The position numbers were made by a program, and so were the translations under genes. A DNA stretch of 64,000 nt from an uncultured Planctomycetota bacterium. GTDB lineage: Bacteria > Planctomycetota > Planctomycetia > Pirellulales > Lacipirellulaceae. Positions 30,137 to 41,171 of the stretch are shown here, in pieces. Every line of letters begins with the position of its first letter. Positions within the stretch are counted from its first letter, which is position 1. The notes beneath the pieces were generated by a model. It did no database searches, had not been told where the DNA came from, and saw nothing but the letters and a program-made list of their open reading frames with translations. The DNA lies in the NCBI GenBank assembly GCA_963719315.1, contig CAVRBU010000009.1, positions 34,011 to 98,010 on the forward strand, written 5' to 3'.

Positions 30137-31186
30137 CTAACTCTTCGCTGTCACCTGCCCGTCCCCACGTGGCGCGAGCACCAGCACGATCGCCGAGCCG
30201 GTGATGACCAGGATCAGGCCCGCCAGAAAGAACGCCGCTTTGTTGCCAAGTTGCCCCTGCGCGATCGTCGCGACCAACGTGTTAATGACGGGCGCACCGC
30301 CGAAGACGAGCGGCATCACATAGATTGGTCGGCCACCCAGATTGAACGCCATGATAATACCGAGCGCACCAACTGCCCCAAAAGCGCCTCCAGCCATGCT
30401 CCAGAGTGTTCCAAGGCTGCGATAGGTGCTGGGTTCACCCAACTCTCCTAGGAAAAAATACGGCACAATCACAGCAATCAGGAAATATGCCAGACCCACG
30501 CAAAGCAGCGGTCGCAATCGACTGTGGTGCATGCTCGCCTGCCCTTTGTGCAACACTGGGCCATACGCTCCCCAACTTACGAGCGCAAGCACAATCGCTA
30601 GCAGCCGCGCAATCCACGTCCCGATGCTGGCCGTTTCCACGCTGGCGTGGCTCCCTGCGCCCGGCCCGGAAAGCAACACGGTCACGGCACCCAAAATGAC
30701 CATGATCAAACCGGCCAGGAACCATGGGCCGATCTCCTTCATACGCCCAGCCAGGTAAATCGTTAAAAACGCATTGATGACTGGAGCGCCACCGAACACG
30801 AGAGGCATCACGTAAATCGGCTTGCCGCCGAATTTGAACGCCAATATGATTCCCAACGCTCCAATTGCACCCAGTGCGCCGCCGGCCAAACTCCAAATCA
30901 ATCCTGTTATTGTCCAGTCGCCCTTCTCGCCGTAGTAGTGCAACCAAACTGCCGGAACAATGACGCCTATCAGGAAATACGCCAAGCCGACGCACACAAA
31001 CGGCCGCAGCAATGCCGGGTGCAGGACGGGCGCAGGTGTTTCTGTGGTAGAATTTGCAGCCGATTGATTGGGTGCCGGCGCCGCCGTTGCCATTCGCATT
31101 TGTCCCTCCCGCAGCACGGGACCGTACAAGCCCCAACAAAGGACCGTAAGCGCGATAGCGCCGAACAGCATAGCCGTATTTCGCAT
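30137..31186 (-). CDS. Polytopic membrane protein with two-fold internal duplication (DMT/EamA-like)
   Basis: WG.YGPVL, LRP..CVGLAYFLI and GG.PIYVMPLVFGGAPVIN each occur twice. Confidence 0.8.
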   Translation of the reverse strand: MRNTAMLFGAIALTVLCWGLYGPVLREGQMRMATAAPAPNQSAANSTTETPAPVLHPALLRPFVCVGLAYFLIGVIVPAVWLHYYGEKGDWTITGLIWSLAGGALGAIGALGIILAFKFGGKPIYVMPLVFGGAPVINAFLTIYLAGRMKEIGPWFLAGLIMVILGAVTVLLSGPGAGSHASVETASIGTWIARLLAIVLALVSWGAYGPVLHKGQASMHHSRLRPLLCVGLAYFLIAVIVPYFFLGELGEPSTYRSLGTLWSMAGGAFGAVGALGIIMAFNLGGRPIYVMPLVFGGAPVINTLVATIAQGQLGNKAAFFLAGLILVITGSAIVLVLAPRGDGQVTAKS

Positions 31187-31304
31187 GGGAGCAGTTCCAA
31201 ATTGAATTTGATCGAGTGGGCCCAGTAGCGTCGGCCGCCAGGCCGAACCTAGCCGAGCACGCGCCCCTCGCGGCCACTACTTTAGCCCGCCCTTCAGCCG
31301 CCAG

Positions 31305-34300
31305 CTAGTCACCCCGCAACGCCGCCACGATCGGGGCGCGAACAACCGACCGCGTCGCCAGCCACCCCGCCAGCAAGCCCGCAACGGCAATTGCAGTCAT
31401 TAGCAGTCCCAGCGTAGCCCACGGCACGCTGGCCCCGTGCGGCATCCACTGCGGAATGAGCGCGATCGCCGCCGAAATGCCGCCAACCAAAAGGCCGCCC
31501 AATAGCAACACCGTGTTTTCCACGATCACCATCCGAATCAATCGGCCGGCGCTGAATCCAGCAGCCCGCATCAATGCGAGCTCGCCTCGACGCTCCAACA
31601 CGCTCCGTAACTGCACAACCGCCAACCCAATCGTTCCCAGCAACAGGCCGAGCGCACGAGACTTTGAAACGTCGACAGATACGTGTTCTGCACCGCCAAG
31701 AATTGCGCGAGCTGCTCACGCGCGTCGACGGCATCAAACCCTTCCTCCGCAAGCGTGGATTCCAAAATAGCAGGCACGCTCCGCGTGGCGTCAATTTCTA
31801 CCACGGTTTCAGATTTTCCGTTCGTCGTCACGCCACGCGGAGCGTGCCTGCTATTTTCAATCAAGAAGAATCGATAACCGGCCGCGTCCGGAAACATCTT
31901 CAAGAAATTCGCTTCGCTCACCAGCAAGTTGCCTTGCAGCACACTGTTTTCAAGCAATCCCACAACTTCTAGTTCAACGGGCCGATCCGCTGAATCTCGA
32001 ATCGTAAGCCTCGAACCCACGCCGCCAAGATGCAAACTGTACACAGCCGTGCTCATATCAAGCACAACCGGCACCACCTCGCCCCCTGGCTCCTCGCGCC
32101 CGAGCTTTGCATCGAGTGCCGTCCAAGGATTGTCGCTGAATCCTTTTGCCACACCCGACCACGCAAACCCGCCGCGCTCGACAAGAGACTTCGGCACACC
32201 CAGCACGCGCGGCTGCTTGGGCTGATACAAATTGAGACAACTCGCATTTTCACCGGCTGCAACGCGGAACGCGAAAAACCTCCATTTTTCTAGCTCTTTA
32301 TTGGTCGAGTCCGAGAAGCCCAAGTCTCGCCGGCCTTCAGCCGTGTTGAGATCGAAATGAATCGGCAAATCGCTGGTGGCGACGAGATCGAAGCCGCCAG
32401 TGCCCCCCTCGCCCGTATTGAGCCGAAACGCACTCACGGCCACGATCAAAAAGCTGGCGGCCGCTACGAGCCCAATCGTGAGCGTGCTCCGGCCCGCGTT
32501 GCGAGCCGTGTTCAGCGCCGACAGCCGCCACAAAGAAAACGCACGGGTGAATCCAAACTTGCGCCCTACATTGCGCAGTCGATACCGGACTTCCCCCAGC
32601 AACAAAACGAGCATTGCCGCGCCGCTTCCAAAAAAGATGCCGGCCTGCGACTCACCCTGTAGAAAAAATCCGACCACACACAGAAGGCTGACGAGCGCGG
32701 CAAACGCTACCCGAAACATCGGCCAGGTTAGCAACCACCTTCGTGCTGCGTTTGGTTTGCGTAGCTCGTTCTCATTCGATCCGGCAAGAAGCCTCGTCAC
32801 GGGCTGCCGCACGGATCGGCGAATCGACCAGCGGATCGTCAGCCAGGACACGATGATTCCGCTCAGCCAGCCGATCAGGACACTCACCCATGAAACATGA
32901 AGCCTCAAAAACGGCGTCGAGATCGCACTCAGCCACCACGTGCGCAGGCCAAAAACCATCAACCAGGCGTAGAGCACGCCGGCAAAAACACCAATGGACG
33001 CTCCCACGGCGGCCACGATCATCCCCTCGCGCGAAAGCAACCGCGTCATTCGACGCCGCCCGATGCCCACTGCCGCCAGCGTACCGAGTTCGCCGGCCCG
33101 CTGCTCAATCCCCAGTTGAAACAGCAATGCCACAAGCATCGCCGCCGCCGCGATCAGGAAGAAGCTGAAACCCAGGAACAGTGCTTCGAACGGAGTCGTG
33201 CCGGCCGATGCTGCAATGCCCTGCTCCTTCACCGGCAGGAATTTCATACCGAGGGCAGCCGGTGCAATTTCACGCTCGATCATCGTAGCAGCTTTGTCGG
33301 GTGTCCCCTTCCCAAACGGAAACCGCAACAAACTTATCGTCCCCCAGCGGCTCGGCCACAATCGCTTCGCCGTCGCGAGCGAAACAAAGGCCTTCGGCGT
33401 CGTTCGATACTGGTCCCAATACTCCTCATCCTGTGGCCGAACTTTTTCGACGAGCTCGAACGGCAGCTTCCAATCGCTGATCGATTTTTGATCGGTCACG
33501 CCCGGCAGTTCCGGAGTCAACTTCGGATCCGCCGCCAGCGTAGGTTTGCCATCGGCCGTTTTCAAATCCACGATCGCCCGTAACTTAAAACTCGGCGGCG
33601 GCTCGTGCTCGTGAAGCTTTCCGTGCGTGCTCTCCGGCTCGTAGAATGTGACCGTGACGCGGTCGCCGACTTTCGCCTTAAGATCGTCAGCCGCCCAGCG
33701 GTTGAGCACGATTTCATCATCGGCCAATGTGATCGGCTCGCACTTGGCATCCAGCAGCGGGCCAATCCGCGGCTGCGAAACGACGCCGGTAATCGTCGAA
33801 TATGGAATCTTTCGCTGCACCGCACCCTCACCCGCAGTGATCGTGTTCGCCAAATACGTGATAATCGGCTGCAACGTACGGCTGTTGAAAGCCTTCTCCG
33901 CAGCGCGAATAATCTCATCGGGCAACACCAGCGCATCCGAGGAGATTTGGACGCAGTCATTTGGGCGCGAAAGTCCCTCGATATGCACTCCATAATCTTC
34001 CAATGCAGGCCGTAGCGCGGCTGCCAGCGCACGCTGCGCAACATAGCCGGTAGCTCGTTTGATTTCGTCCGTTGCCACCAAAACCGCATTCGCTTTGCCA
34101 GGTTGCTTGAGCAAATCTTGCAACGCCGCAAGTGGCATGAAGGCGTTCCGCGGCAACTGTTGGCTCGGCGCGATGCCAAATCTGGCGATCCCTTCCACAG
34201 GCAACACAGCCGCAACCTTCATCGTGCGGCTCTTCGATGTATCACTTTTCTCACCCAGCGTGCTGTCGGCCGGTATGGACGTGGCTGTGGGAATCCGAAG

Positions 34301-34771
34301 GAGTACGCTGTCACCGACGGTCACGTTCAACTCGTGTGCGACCGGCTCCGTGAGCGCGACTTCCCCAGCCGCCAACTGCCTCGCCGGCCCGCCCTCCCCC
34401 AATTTCCAGAATTCGTCAGGACTGCCAATAACCGAGATCCCCGTGGCCCGCCGCGCGTTATCGCCGTTGCCTGCTTGCAGCGTGCCGTTCAAAAGCAGCG
34501 CTGGGTCAGCAGCCGCGAAGTATTTCTTGAACTCAGCATTGGAGGCCAACTCATCGGCCAGCGCCGCGCGAAACGGGTGCCCGGCCACGAGCACTGTATC
34601 GATCTTGCCGAGCCGTTGGAGCGTAAGATCGCGCAAACTTCCACGCACCGAATCGCCGACGAGCAGCGCGCCCGTCAGAACTGCCGTTGCCACCGCCACG
34701 CCCAGCGCCAAGGCAACGTGAATTCGCCGGTAGTGCCGCAGGCTCGCCAGAATGAAACGCCATGCGTCCAT
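31305..34771 (-). CDS. Large FtsX/MacB-like ABC permease; frameshift near 31655 (likely sequencing error)
   Basis: LGVAVATAVLTGALLVGDSVRGSL; two FtsX-like repeats (EQRAGELGTLAAVG; ERRGELALMRAAGF). YLSTFQSL continues as GLLLGTIGL in the other frame. Confidence 0.88.
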
Positions 34772-34772
34772 G

Positions 34773-35459
34773 TCACGTACCGCGGACGGGGCCATACCAC
34801 TCGATCTGCTTCCGCGGGCAGAACACAAAACCCTCAGATTCGCAAAACGGCTTCAACCAGATGGAACGCGCGTCGAGCTGTTCTTGGTCGGTGCCCTGTG
34901 GCATTAGCAGCACCCGTTCGCGGTTGATTTCGGGAAACTCGGCCAGGTAACCGCGAACGGCCTCCAGGTCGCCGCCCGAATCGACGACAAACTTTATTTG
35001 ATACTCGAACTCCGCGATGAGCCGCCGAACCACGTCGGGGCGATGCCGCTCGCGGTCGTGTCGACGATGCCAGTGCGGGTGTGATTTCGCGTCCGGCGCC
35101 GAGCTCGCAAACTTCGGGCTGATCGACAGCAGGTCACATGCCACCGACAAGTAGAGCGTACCTGCGGTCTCGATCGTCACGTGCCGCCCGATCTCCCGCA
35201 GCCGGTTGCAGAGCGGAATCAACTCGGCGAACAACATCGGCTCGCCGCCAGTGACGACGACATGTTGCGTATCCCATTCTTCCACCTGGGCGACAATCTC
35301 ATCGACCGACATGTCGCAGCCCTCTGGCCGCCACGACGCATACGGCGTATCGCAAAACCAACACCGCAAATTACAACCACTCGCGCACACAAACACACTG
35401 GGCACTCCCGTCAGGAATCCCTCGCCCTGCACCGATCGGTAGATTTCAGCGATTCGCAT
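34773..35459 (-). CDS. queE: 7-carboxy-7-deazaguanine synthase (radical SAM)
   Basis: EIYRSVQGEG, CNLRCWFCDT, TGGEPM, IETAGT, SISPK; adjacent to queC. Confidence 0.93.
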   Translation of the reverse strand: MRIAEIYRSVQGEGFLTGVPSVFVCASGCNLRCWFCDTPYASWRPEGCDMSVDEIVAQVEEWDTQHVVVTGGEPMLFAELIPLCNRLREIGRHVTIETAGTLYLSVACDLLSISPKFASSAPDAKSHPHWHRRHDRERHRPDVVRRLIAEFEYQIKFVVDSGGDLEAVRGYLAEFPEINRERVLLMPQGTDQEQLDARSIWLKPFCESEGFVFCPRKQIEWYGPVRGT

Positions 35460-35594
35460 CTGTTTCGAACAGGAGGCGACAGAGAAAACGGAGCAAAGAA
35501 GTGAGCACGGCCGCATTAAGCTTCTAATTCAGTCGACCAAGGTTCACACTTTTTGTTATTTACTTCGCCCTCTGTTCCCGTTGTGACCTCCCGT

Positions 35595-36317
35595 TCAAAG
35601 AGATTCTTGGTAAGCAATTGGATCTGTCGCTCCCGCCTCCGCAAACCCTTTCAGCCGCAGCCGGCAAGCATCACAGCGACTGCAGGCGATGCCCGATTCG
35701 TTCGGCGCGTAACACGAATGGGTCAGGCCATAGTCGATGCCCAATTCCATTCCCCGACGAATGATCTCGGCTTTAGTCATGCGAATGAGCGGAGTATGGA
35801 TCCGAAACTGCAATTTTCCTTCCACACCGGCCTTCGTCGCCAAGTTGGCGAGCTTCTCGAACTCCGCAATAAACTCTGGCCGACAATCCGGGTAGCCCGA
35901 GTAATCAATCGCATTCACGCCCAAAAACAAGTGCGCCGCCCCCACAACCTCAGCATAACCCAGCGCCAAGGACAAGAACACCGTGTTGCGGGCCGGCACG
36001 TAAGTGATCGGGATGCCGTGGGCCATCTCCTCGTCGCCGCGATCGAGTGGGACGTCGATTTGATCGGTGAGCGCACTGCCGCCGAATTGGTCCAAACCCA
36101 CGGATGCGACAATATGCCGTTTGACAGCCAATGATTCAGCCATGCGCCGCGCAGCATCCAACTCGAACCGATGCCGCTGGCCGTAATCGATCGACAGGGC
36201 ATACAACTCATAGCCATCGTGTCTCGCAATCGCTGAGGTCGTGGCCGAGTCGAGCCCGCCGGAAAGCAGGACGACCGCTACTCGGTTGTGGGCCGCATCG
36301 CGTTGAGGCATCTTCAC
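35595..36317 (-). CDS. queC: 7-cyano-7-deazaguanine synthase
   Basis: [30 protein letters not shown]...CSRCDAC. Confidence 0.97.
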   Translation of the reverse strand: MKMPQRDAAHNRVAVVLLSGGLDSATTSAIARHDGYELYALSIDYGQRHRFELDAARRMAESLAVKRHIVASVGLDQFGGSALTDQIDVPLDRGDEEMAHGIPITYVPARNTVFLSLALGYAEVVGAAHLFLGVNAIDYSGYPDCRPEFIAEFEKLANLATKAGVEGKLQFRIHTPLIRMTKAEIIRRGMELGIDYGLTHSCYAPNESGIACSRCDACRLRLKGFAEAGATDPIAYQESL

Positions 36318-36325
36318 GCTCGCCT

Positions 36326-36727
36326 TTACGCTTCGAGAATTGTCTTAAGTGTTTGCAGATCGCGCTTCACCCAGTCGCAGTCGGTCGCGAATCGCTCGTC
36401 GGACATCGAGGGATATTGGAGCAAGGTGAAGAGGACTTCGCTTCCCGATCCGTTGGGAATCACGCGCATGGGAACTAAAATCTCCACATTCGGTGACGGA
36501 TTCACGCGGTGATCGAGTACGCCAAACGGGTTGCGGGAAACAAATTCGATTTTCATCGGTCCGTCCGGAGTCTCGGCCAACCATCCATCTGCCGATCTCC
36601 GCACCGATTTGCAAAACGCGGTCGCCCAATTCGGCAGATTCTCTGGATTCGACACAAATTCATAGACGATCGCCGGCGGGCAAGCGATCGACACATTCAG
36701 CGTCGAGGATTTCAATAAATCTGACAT
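36326..36727 (-). CDS. SRPBCC (polyketide cyclase/START-like) family protein
   Basis: [20 protein letters not shown]...GVLDH...PMRV..NG.GSEV.FT...DL..LK.ILE. Confidence 0.85.
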   Translation of the reverse strand: MSDLLKSSTLNVSIACPPAIVYEFVSNPENLPNWATAFCKSVRRSADGWLAETPDGPMKIEFVSRNPFGVLDHRVNPSPNVEILVPMRVIPNGSGSEVLFTLLQYPSMSDERFATDCDWVKRDLQTLKTILEA

Positions 36728-36823
36728 TGATGTTGCTCTTTATGATAAGTCCCGTTCGAGTTAGCCCCTTTCATCTGTATTCCTATCATGCCACAATGTA
36801 CGACCCGCCAAAAGGAGCGGCCC

Positions 36824-37183
36824 ATGTCCGATTTTCGCAGCTTACTCGAGATATTCGAAAACCAGTTTCCCGACCGCGACTATCAAATTGAAATCGTATC
36901 GCCCGAGTTCACGTCGGTCTGCCCGCGGACCGGTCAGCCCGATTTCGGCACGATCGCGATCAGCTATACGCCCGACAAGAAGTGCGTCGAATTGAAGAGC
37001 CTGAAGTTCTACTTGCAGAGCTTCCGCAATCAGGGCATTTTTTATGAGCACGTTACGAACACGATCCTCGACGACTTGGTGGCCGTGACCAACCCCCGCT
37101 GGATAAAAGTCGAAGCCGCCTTCAGCGCCCGCGGCGGAATGACCGAAACCGTGACGACGAAATACACTTCGTCGATGCAATAA
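36824..37183 (+). CDS. queF: NADPH-dependent preQ0 reductase (type I)
   Basis: [35 protein letters not shown]. Confidence 0.96.
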   Translation: MSDFRSLLEIFENQFPDRDYQIEIVSPEFTSVCPRTGQPDFGTIAISYTPDKKCVELKSLKFYLQSFRNQGIFYEHVTNTILDDLVAVTNPRWIKVEAAFSARGGMTETVTTKYTSSMQ

Positions 37184-37229
37184 ATTATAGACTGAAACAC
37201 TGACGCACTCAGGCCTCGATTCTCGTTGT

Positions 37230-37334
37230 CTAGAAGCAGTTTCAAGACTCTGTCCAGAGAACCGGCCGCTAGCGCGTTCCGGCTGATTGAATCAGCCGCA
37301 GGGCGCTAGCCCTCGGTTTTGAAACGGCTTCTAG
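37230..37334. mobile_element. Miniature inverted-repeat element with CTAG ends enclosing a REP-like doublet
   Basis: Terminal IR CTAGAAGC(A/C)GTTTCAA matches 15 of 16. Inner IR AACCG..GCTAGCGC..CGGCTGAT / ATCAGCCG..GCGCTAGC..CGGTT. Confidence 0.65.
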
Positions 37335-37382
37335 TACTTCGTGTCCTTCGCGCCTTTGTGGTTCAAGCATCGAGAGTGAACT

Positions 37383-38396
37383 ATGCCCGATCGCCCGCAG
37401 GTTGTCCTCTCCGGTTTTGGCGACGAAGCAGCTAATCACAAGACTGCCGTCGAGCAATTCTCCGCCATGTCTGCCGCCGGGCTGCAGTATTACAGCCTGA
37501 GGTTCGTCGATGTCGGCGACGGCGTGAAAAACGTGATGAAGCTCACTAAGAGCGAGATCACCAAGCTTCGCCACATCGAAGACGAATACGGGATGAACGT
37601 CGCGTCGATCGGCTCACCGCTCGGCAAAGTGAAATTGCGCAACGTCGATGATGGCACCAGCAACCAATATGTGCCATTCGACAAGTATCTCGAAAAAGAA
37701 GTCAGCCGAGCCTGCGAGCTAGCCCACGCCTTCGAAACGAAACTCATCCGCGGGTTTTCGTTCTATCCGCCCAAAGGCGAAGACGCCCGCGAGTACGTGC
37801 CTCAAGCGGCCGACCAGCTCGCGCAAATTGCTGAAATGTGCCATCGTAGCGATCTGACTTACGGCCTCGAAATCGAGGCCAACCTTGTCGGTCAATCCGG
37901 CGAGCTGGTCGCCGAACTGCACCGCCGGGTCAATCACCCGGCGCTGGTCACGATTTTTGACGGCGGCAACATCATCAGCCAGGGCTACAGCCCCGAGGAA
38001 ACGTACCAACAGTATCTCTTGATGAAGCCCAGCATCGGCTGGATGCACATCAAGGACTACCACGATCCGCAGCTCAGCGGCCGCATGCAGCACGTGGATG
38101 AAGAAAAGCTTAAGCACTTCGTGCCGGTCCACCTCGGCGATAGTGGACACGAACGCATCTTACGCGACTTTGCCGAGGTCATCCCACAACTGCAACAAAA
38201 GCTCACCAAGCGCGGCATCCCCGGCGTGGTACTCGACCTGGAACCACACTTAAAAGGTGGCGGCCAATTCGGCGGCTTCAGCGGCCCAGATGGCATGGGC
38301 GTCGCAGTTCGTAGCTTGTGCCGCGTGCTCGATCACGTCGGCATCGAATATCACCTTCGCGACTATGAAGACGTACGCGCGGAGCGCGGTTTTTAG
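37383..38396 (+). CDS. Sugar phosphate isomerase/epimerase family TIM-barrel protein
   Basis: LSGFGDEA, SIGSPLGK, IRGFSFY, FDGGN, HIKD, LEPHL. Confidence 0.85.
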   Translation: MPDRPQVVLSGFGDEAANHKTAVEQFSAMSAAGLQYYSLRFVDVGDGVKNVMKLTKSEITKLRHIEDEYGMNVASIGSPLGKVKLRNVDDGTSNQYVPFDKYLEKEVSRACELAHAFETKLIRGFSFYPPKGEDAREYVPQAADQLAQIAEMCHRSDLTYGLEIEANLVGQSGELVAELHRRVNHPALVTIFDGGNIISQGYSPEETYQQYLLMKPSIGWMHIKDYHDPQLSGRMQHVDEEKLKHFVPVHLGDSGHERILRDFAEVIPQLQQKLTKRGIPGVVLDLEPHLKGGGQFGGFSGPDGMGVAVRSLCRVLDHVGIEYHLRDYEDVRAERGF

Positions 38397-40528
38397 GTCG
38401 AGGATTGGAGCTGATTTTCGAAGTCGATCGGCAGATCTTGCGGAGGAGGAGCATCCAAATGCTCGACTTCAGCCTCAGTTCCAGCGTACGCTGCGGCCCG
38501 CCACGATTCCAAAAACGCCCGAACGGTTTTTCCCGCCCAATAGGCGGCCACCATCAACGACCCGCAGCCCGTGATGAATTGGATGCCGCGCCAACTCGGC
38601 GCCGACAGCATCAGCCACAAACTAGTCACACCGGCAAACGTGGCAACGACCACCTTCGTCGCCGCGTCGCGGCGATGTTTCTTCATCTCGTGACGACCAA
38701 TCGCGCGGCGAGCCGTCTCATTGGCCAACGCTCGCAGCGCGCCCAGATTGCTACTTGTTCCGGCTTCCACCGCGCGGCGAGCGATCGCATCCCAGTTCAC
38801 CATCGCTTGCGCCGCCTCTTCTTCGGTCTCCGGAGCATCCGCTTCTGGTAGCGACGACCCGATCGTCGTAGAAGCCGGCGGCGGTGTCGGCGAGGCATTC
38901 ACGGCAGCTCTATTTCCCTGCGCCACTTGGGAAGCAGGCGCGTGCGGCAAGTCGCCCCGCACGCGCTGCAACAACTTTGCCATATACTGTTCGATCGACT
39001 CTTCTTCCAGGCTTGCCGCGGCCAGCTCATCTCCACCGTGATTTCGCGCGACGCCCATTTCGCGCACATTGGGCGTTGCCGATTCCACAGTGTTAGCCCG
39101 TTGCGGTGGACTGGGCGACAATTCATTCGCCGTGTCGTCGGCGAACAGATGCGAATAGCGGTCGAGGAAAGAAGCCGGCAGCGCCTTAGATGGCGCCGAT
39201 TCCGCGACATCTTTCGAATGCTCTTCCACCGGTTTTGCCCAAAGATTCGCGTCGGCCATTTGCGACAAAGTGGTATCGACGGAAGGCGCGCTCAATTCGC
39301 CCTCCGCCGGTGTTTCACTGAGCGCCCGGTTTTCACAGAACGGGAGCTGCGCGGCAACTTGTACTTCGCTGTTGACCTCCGGTTCACCAGCGGTCGACTC
39401 GCCCGTGGGAACATCGGAATTCCAAATGGAGCAATCCGCGAGCGGCGAAACATCGCTCTCCGCGTCGGTTAGCACTTCACTGCCGGACACTTGGTCGCTT
39501 GTGCTTGTCCAGCCCAACGAAGACGGTTCCAGCACCTGCGACGAGTGCTCCGGTTGACCTGCAATCTCCGGAGCAACGGAAGTCAACTCTTCGACTGCCG
39601 ACTCTGTCTGCCCCGATACATGCTGCTCACCAGTGGGGGCCGCGACATTTGGCAACGCATTCGACCGGACCAACTCAAGCTCCTGTCGCAATTCGTCCGT
39701 CAGACCTGTCTGTTCCGCCAAACGGATTTCCCACTCCTTGATCTGCCGCTGCAGTTCTTGCACCTGCAGTTCCCAATCGGGTATCTCGCTTTCCCGGCCA
39801 ATCTGCGATTGTTCCCAGTCGGTTCGATCCCGTCTGAGATCGGCCAACTGCTGGCTAGCTTCTGCTAAGCCTTGCGCCAATTCGTCGTTCTGAACTCGTT
39901 GCCGCCGCAAAGCGTTAAGCAATTTGCGGCATCGAATTCTAGATATGCCACAGGCCACCCGAAGCTCGTTAAACACAAATTCTGCTGCATCGCTCGGGGG
40001 TCGAGCAGCTAACTCTGCCTCCGACGTTTCCCGCAGTATTTCTAGCTCGGCGACCTCGTGGGCCAAGTCGCAACTGCCCTCTTCCAAATTGGAAATGGCC
40101 GTAACAGAGTCTTGCACCGCTTCCACCGCATCCATCAATTGATCGTTATTCCCCGTTGGTGCATCCACATGCTCACACTGCACTGGCAATTCCGTCATGG
40201 CTTGCGATTGGACAAGCTCCAACTCCACGTCGCCGAGCGCCAAACAGTCACCGAACGCAAGCGGCGCGTCGTCGAACGCACAGCCATTGAGCCGCGTGTC
40301 GGCAGCCCAACGCCGCACCGAGAGGCCTCCCGGTCCATACACAATCAGACAATGTACAGGCTGAATACCCGGTATCTGTAAACGGAGGTTGCAGCGCGGG
40401 CTCGACCCGATCGTGGTCTTCCCTGGCGGCAGCTCGAGGAGTTGTCCATCCGCTCGCAGCCGCAAGTGTGCCGGCATCGAGCTGCACCCTGGAGCCGCTA
40501 TGACTGATTGACGATCGGCTGTAAGCAT
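38393..40528 (-). CDS. FHA-domain protein with coiled coil, acidic linker and C-terminal TM pair
   Basis: TTIGSSPRCNLRL...HCLI...TRLNG...L..GD.L.LG FHA signature; EESIEQYMAKLLQR motif; start could be 40477. Confidence 0.8.
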   Translation of the reverse strand: MLTADRQSVIAAPGCSSMPAHLRLRADGQLLELPPGKTTIGSSPRCNLRLQIPGIQPVHCLIVYGPGGLSVRRWAADTRLNGCAFDDAPLAFGDCLALGDVELELVQSQAMTELPVQCEHVDAPTGNNDQLMDAVEAVQDSVTAISNLEEGSCDLAHEVAELEILRETSEAELAARPPSDAAEFVFNELRVACGISRIRCRKLLNALRRQRVQNDELAQGLAEASQQLADLRRDRTDWEQSQIGRESEIPDWELQVQELQRQIKEWEIRLAEQTGLTDELRQELELVRSNALPNVAAPTGEQHVSGQTESAVEELTSVAPEIAGQPEHSSQVLEPSSLGWTSTSDQVSGSEVLTDAESDVSPLADCSIWNSDVPTGESTAGEPEVNSEVQVAAQLPFCENRALSETPAEGELSAPSVDTTLSQMADANLWAKPVEEHSKDVAESAPSKALPASFLDRYSHLFADDTANELSPSPPQRANTVESATPNVREMGVARNHGGDELAAASLEEESIEQYMAKLLQRVRGDLPHAPASQVAQGNRAAVNASPTPPPASTTIGSSLPEADAPETEEEAAQAMVNWDAIARRAVEAGTSSNLGALRALANETARRAIGRHEMKKHRRDAATKVVVATFAGVTSLWLMLSAPSWRGIQFITGCGSLMVAAYWAGKTVRAFLESWRAAAYAGTEAEVEHLDAPPPQDLPIDFENQLQSST

Positions 40529-41171
40529 CGGTGAACACCTGCGGTAAGTAAGCCAGCGGACCTGGCGCGCATGCTGCGCGCCGCCCAGTTCGAGCGCAAA
40601 TTCCTAGTAAGAGCATGTACGTCGTACCTATGGGGCCGTCAAAGCTGCATGCTGGCATACTTCCCAGCAACTTGCGCTGGATATTCCGCAAACTTCGGCT
40701 AGCCGAATTGAGACGAACGTGCCGATTACCGATAGGCGCACGGCAGGTAGATGCTGTCGGAATCCTGGGGTTTCCCGCAGTGGCTACAAAGTGTCTGGCA
40801 TGGGGGAGGACAGGGGGACGGCCGCCAACCTCGCGGTCCATTCCGCTCTCCACCTCCCAGGCCGGCAAAATTTCGGGCAATTTGCGGCACAAGGTCCAGC
40901 ACGGCGGCAAACTTTTCCGATTGTGTTGGCCGCTAGCGATCCATCCACCTGGACGTGCGTACTATAGTTAGGTTGCAGACCTCCGGGCCGTGATTTGCGG
41001 CATGGCGGTGCAGCCAACGGGGATTTTTTGGTCGGGCAGTAAGATTCTTGCTTCTGGCTGGCCAAAAACACGTAAACGGGAACAGAGATTCGTGGGGGGG
41101 CGTTCGGCGCACTTCAAGCACTCGCTTAAGCGTGCGACCGGCCGCTGGCCCGCCAGGCAAGGTGAAAACTG

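Noticed and set aside
36728..36823. preQ1 riboswitch in the que divergent spacer
   Set aside because: No recognisable preQ1 stem-loop with A-rich tail on either strand.
34773..37183. queC/queE/queF as a Dpd DNA-modification or QatABCD defence system
   Set aside because: The motifs are canonical housekeeping ones in a core-gene context, with no dpdA/tgt-like, ATPase or TatD partners.
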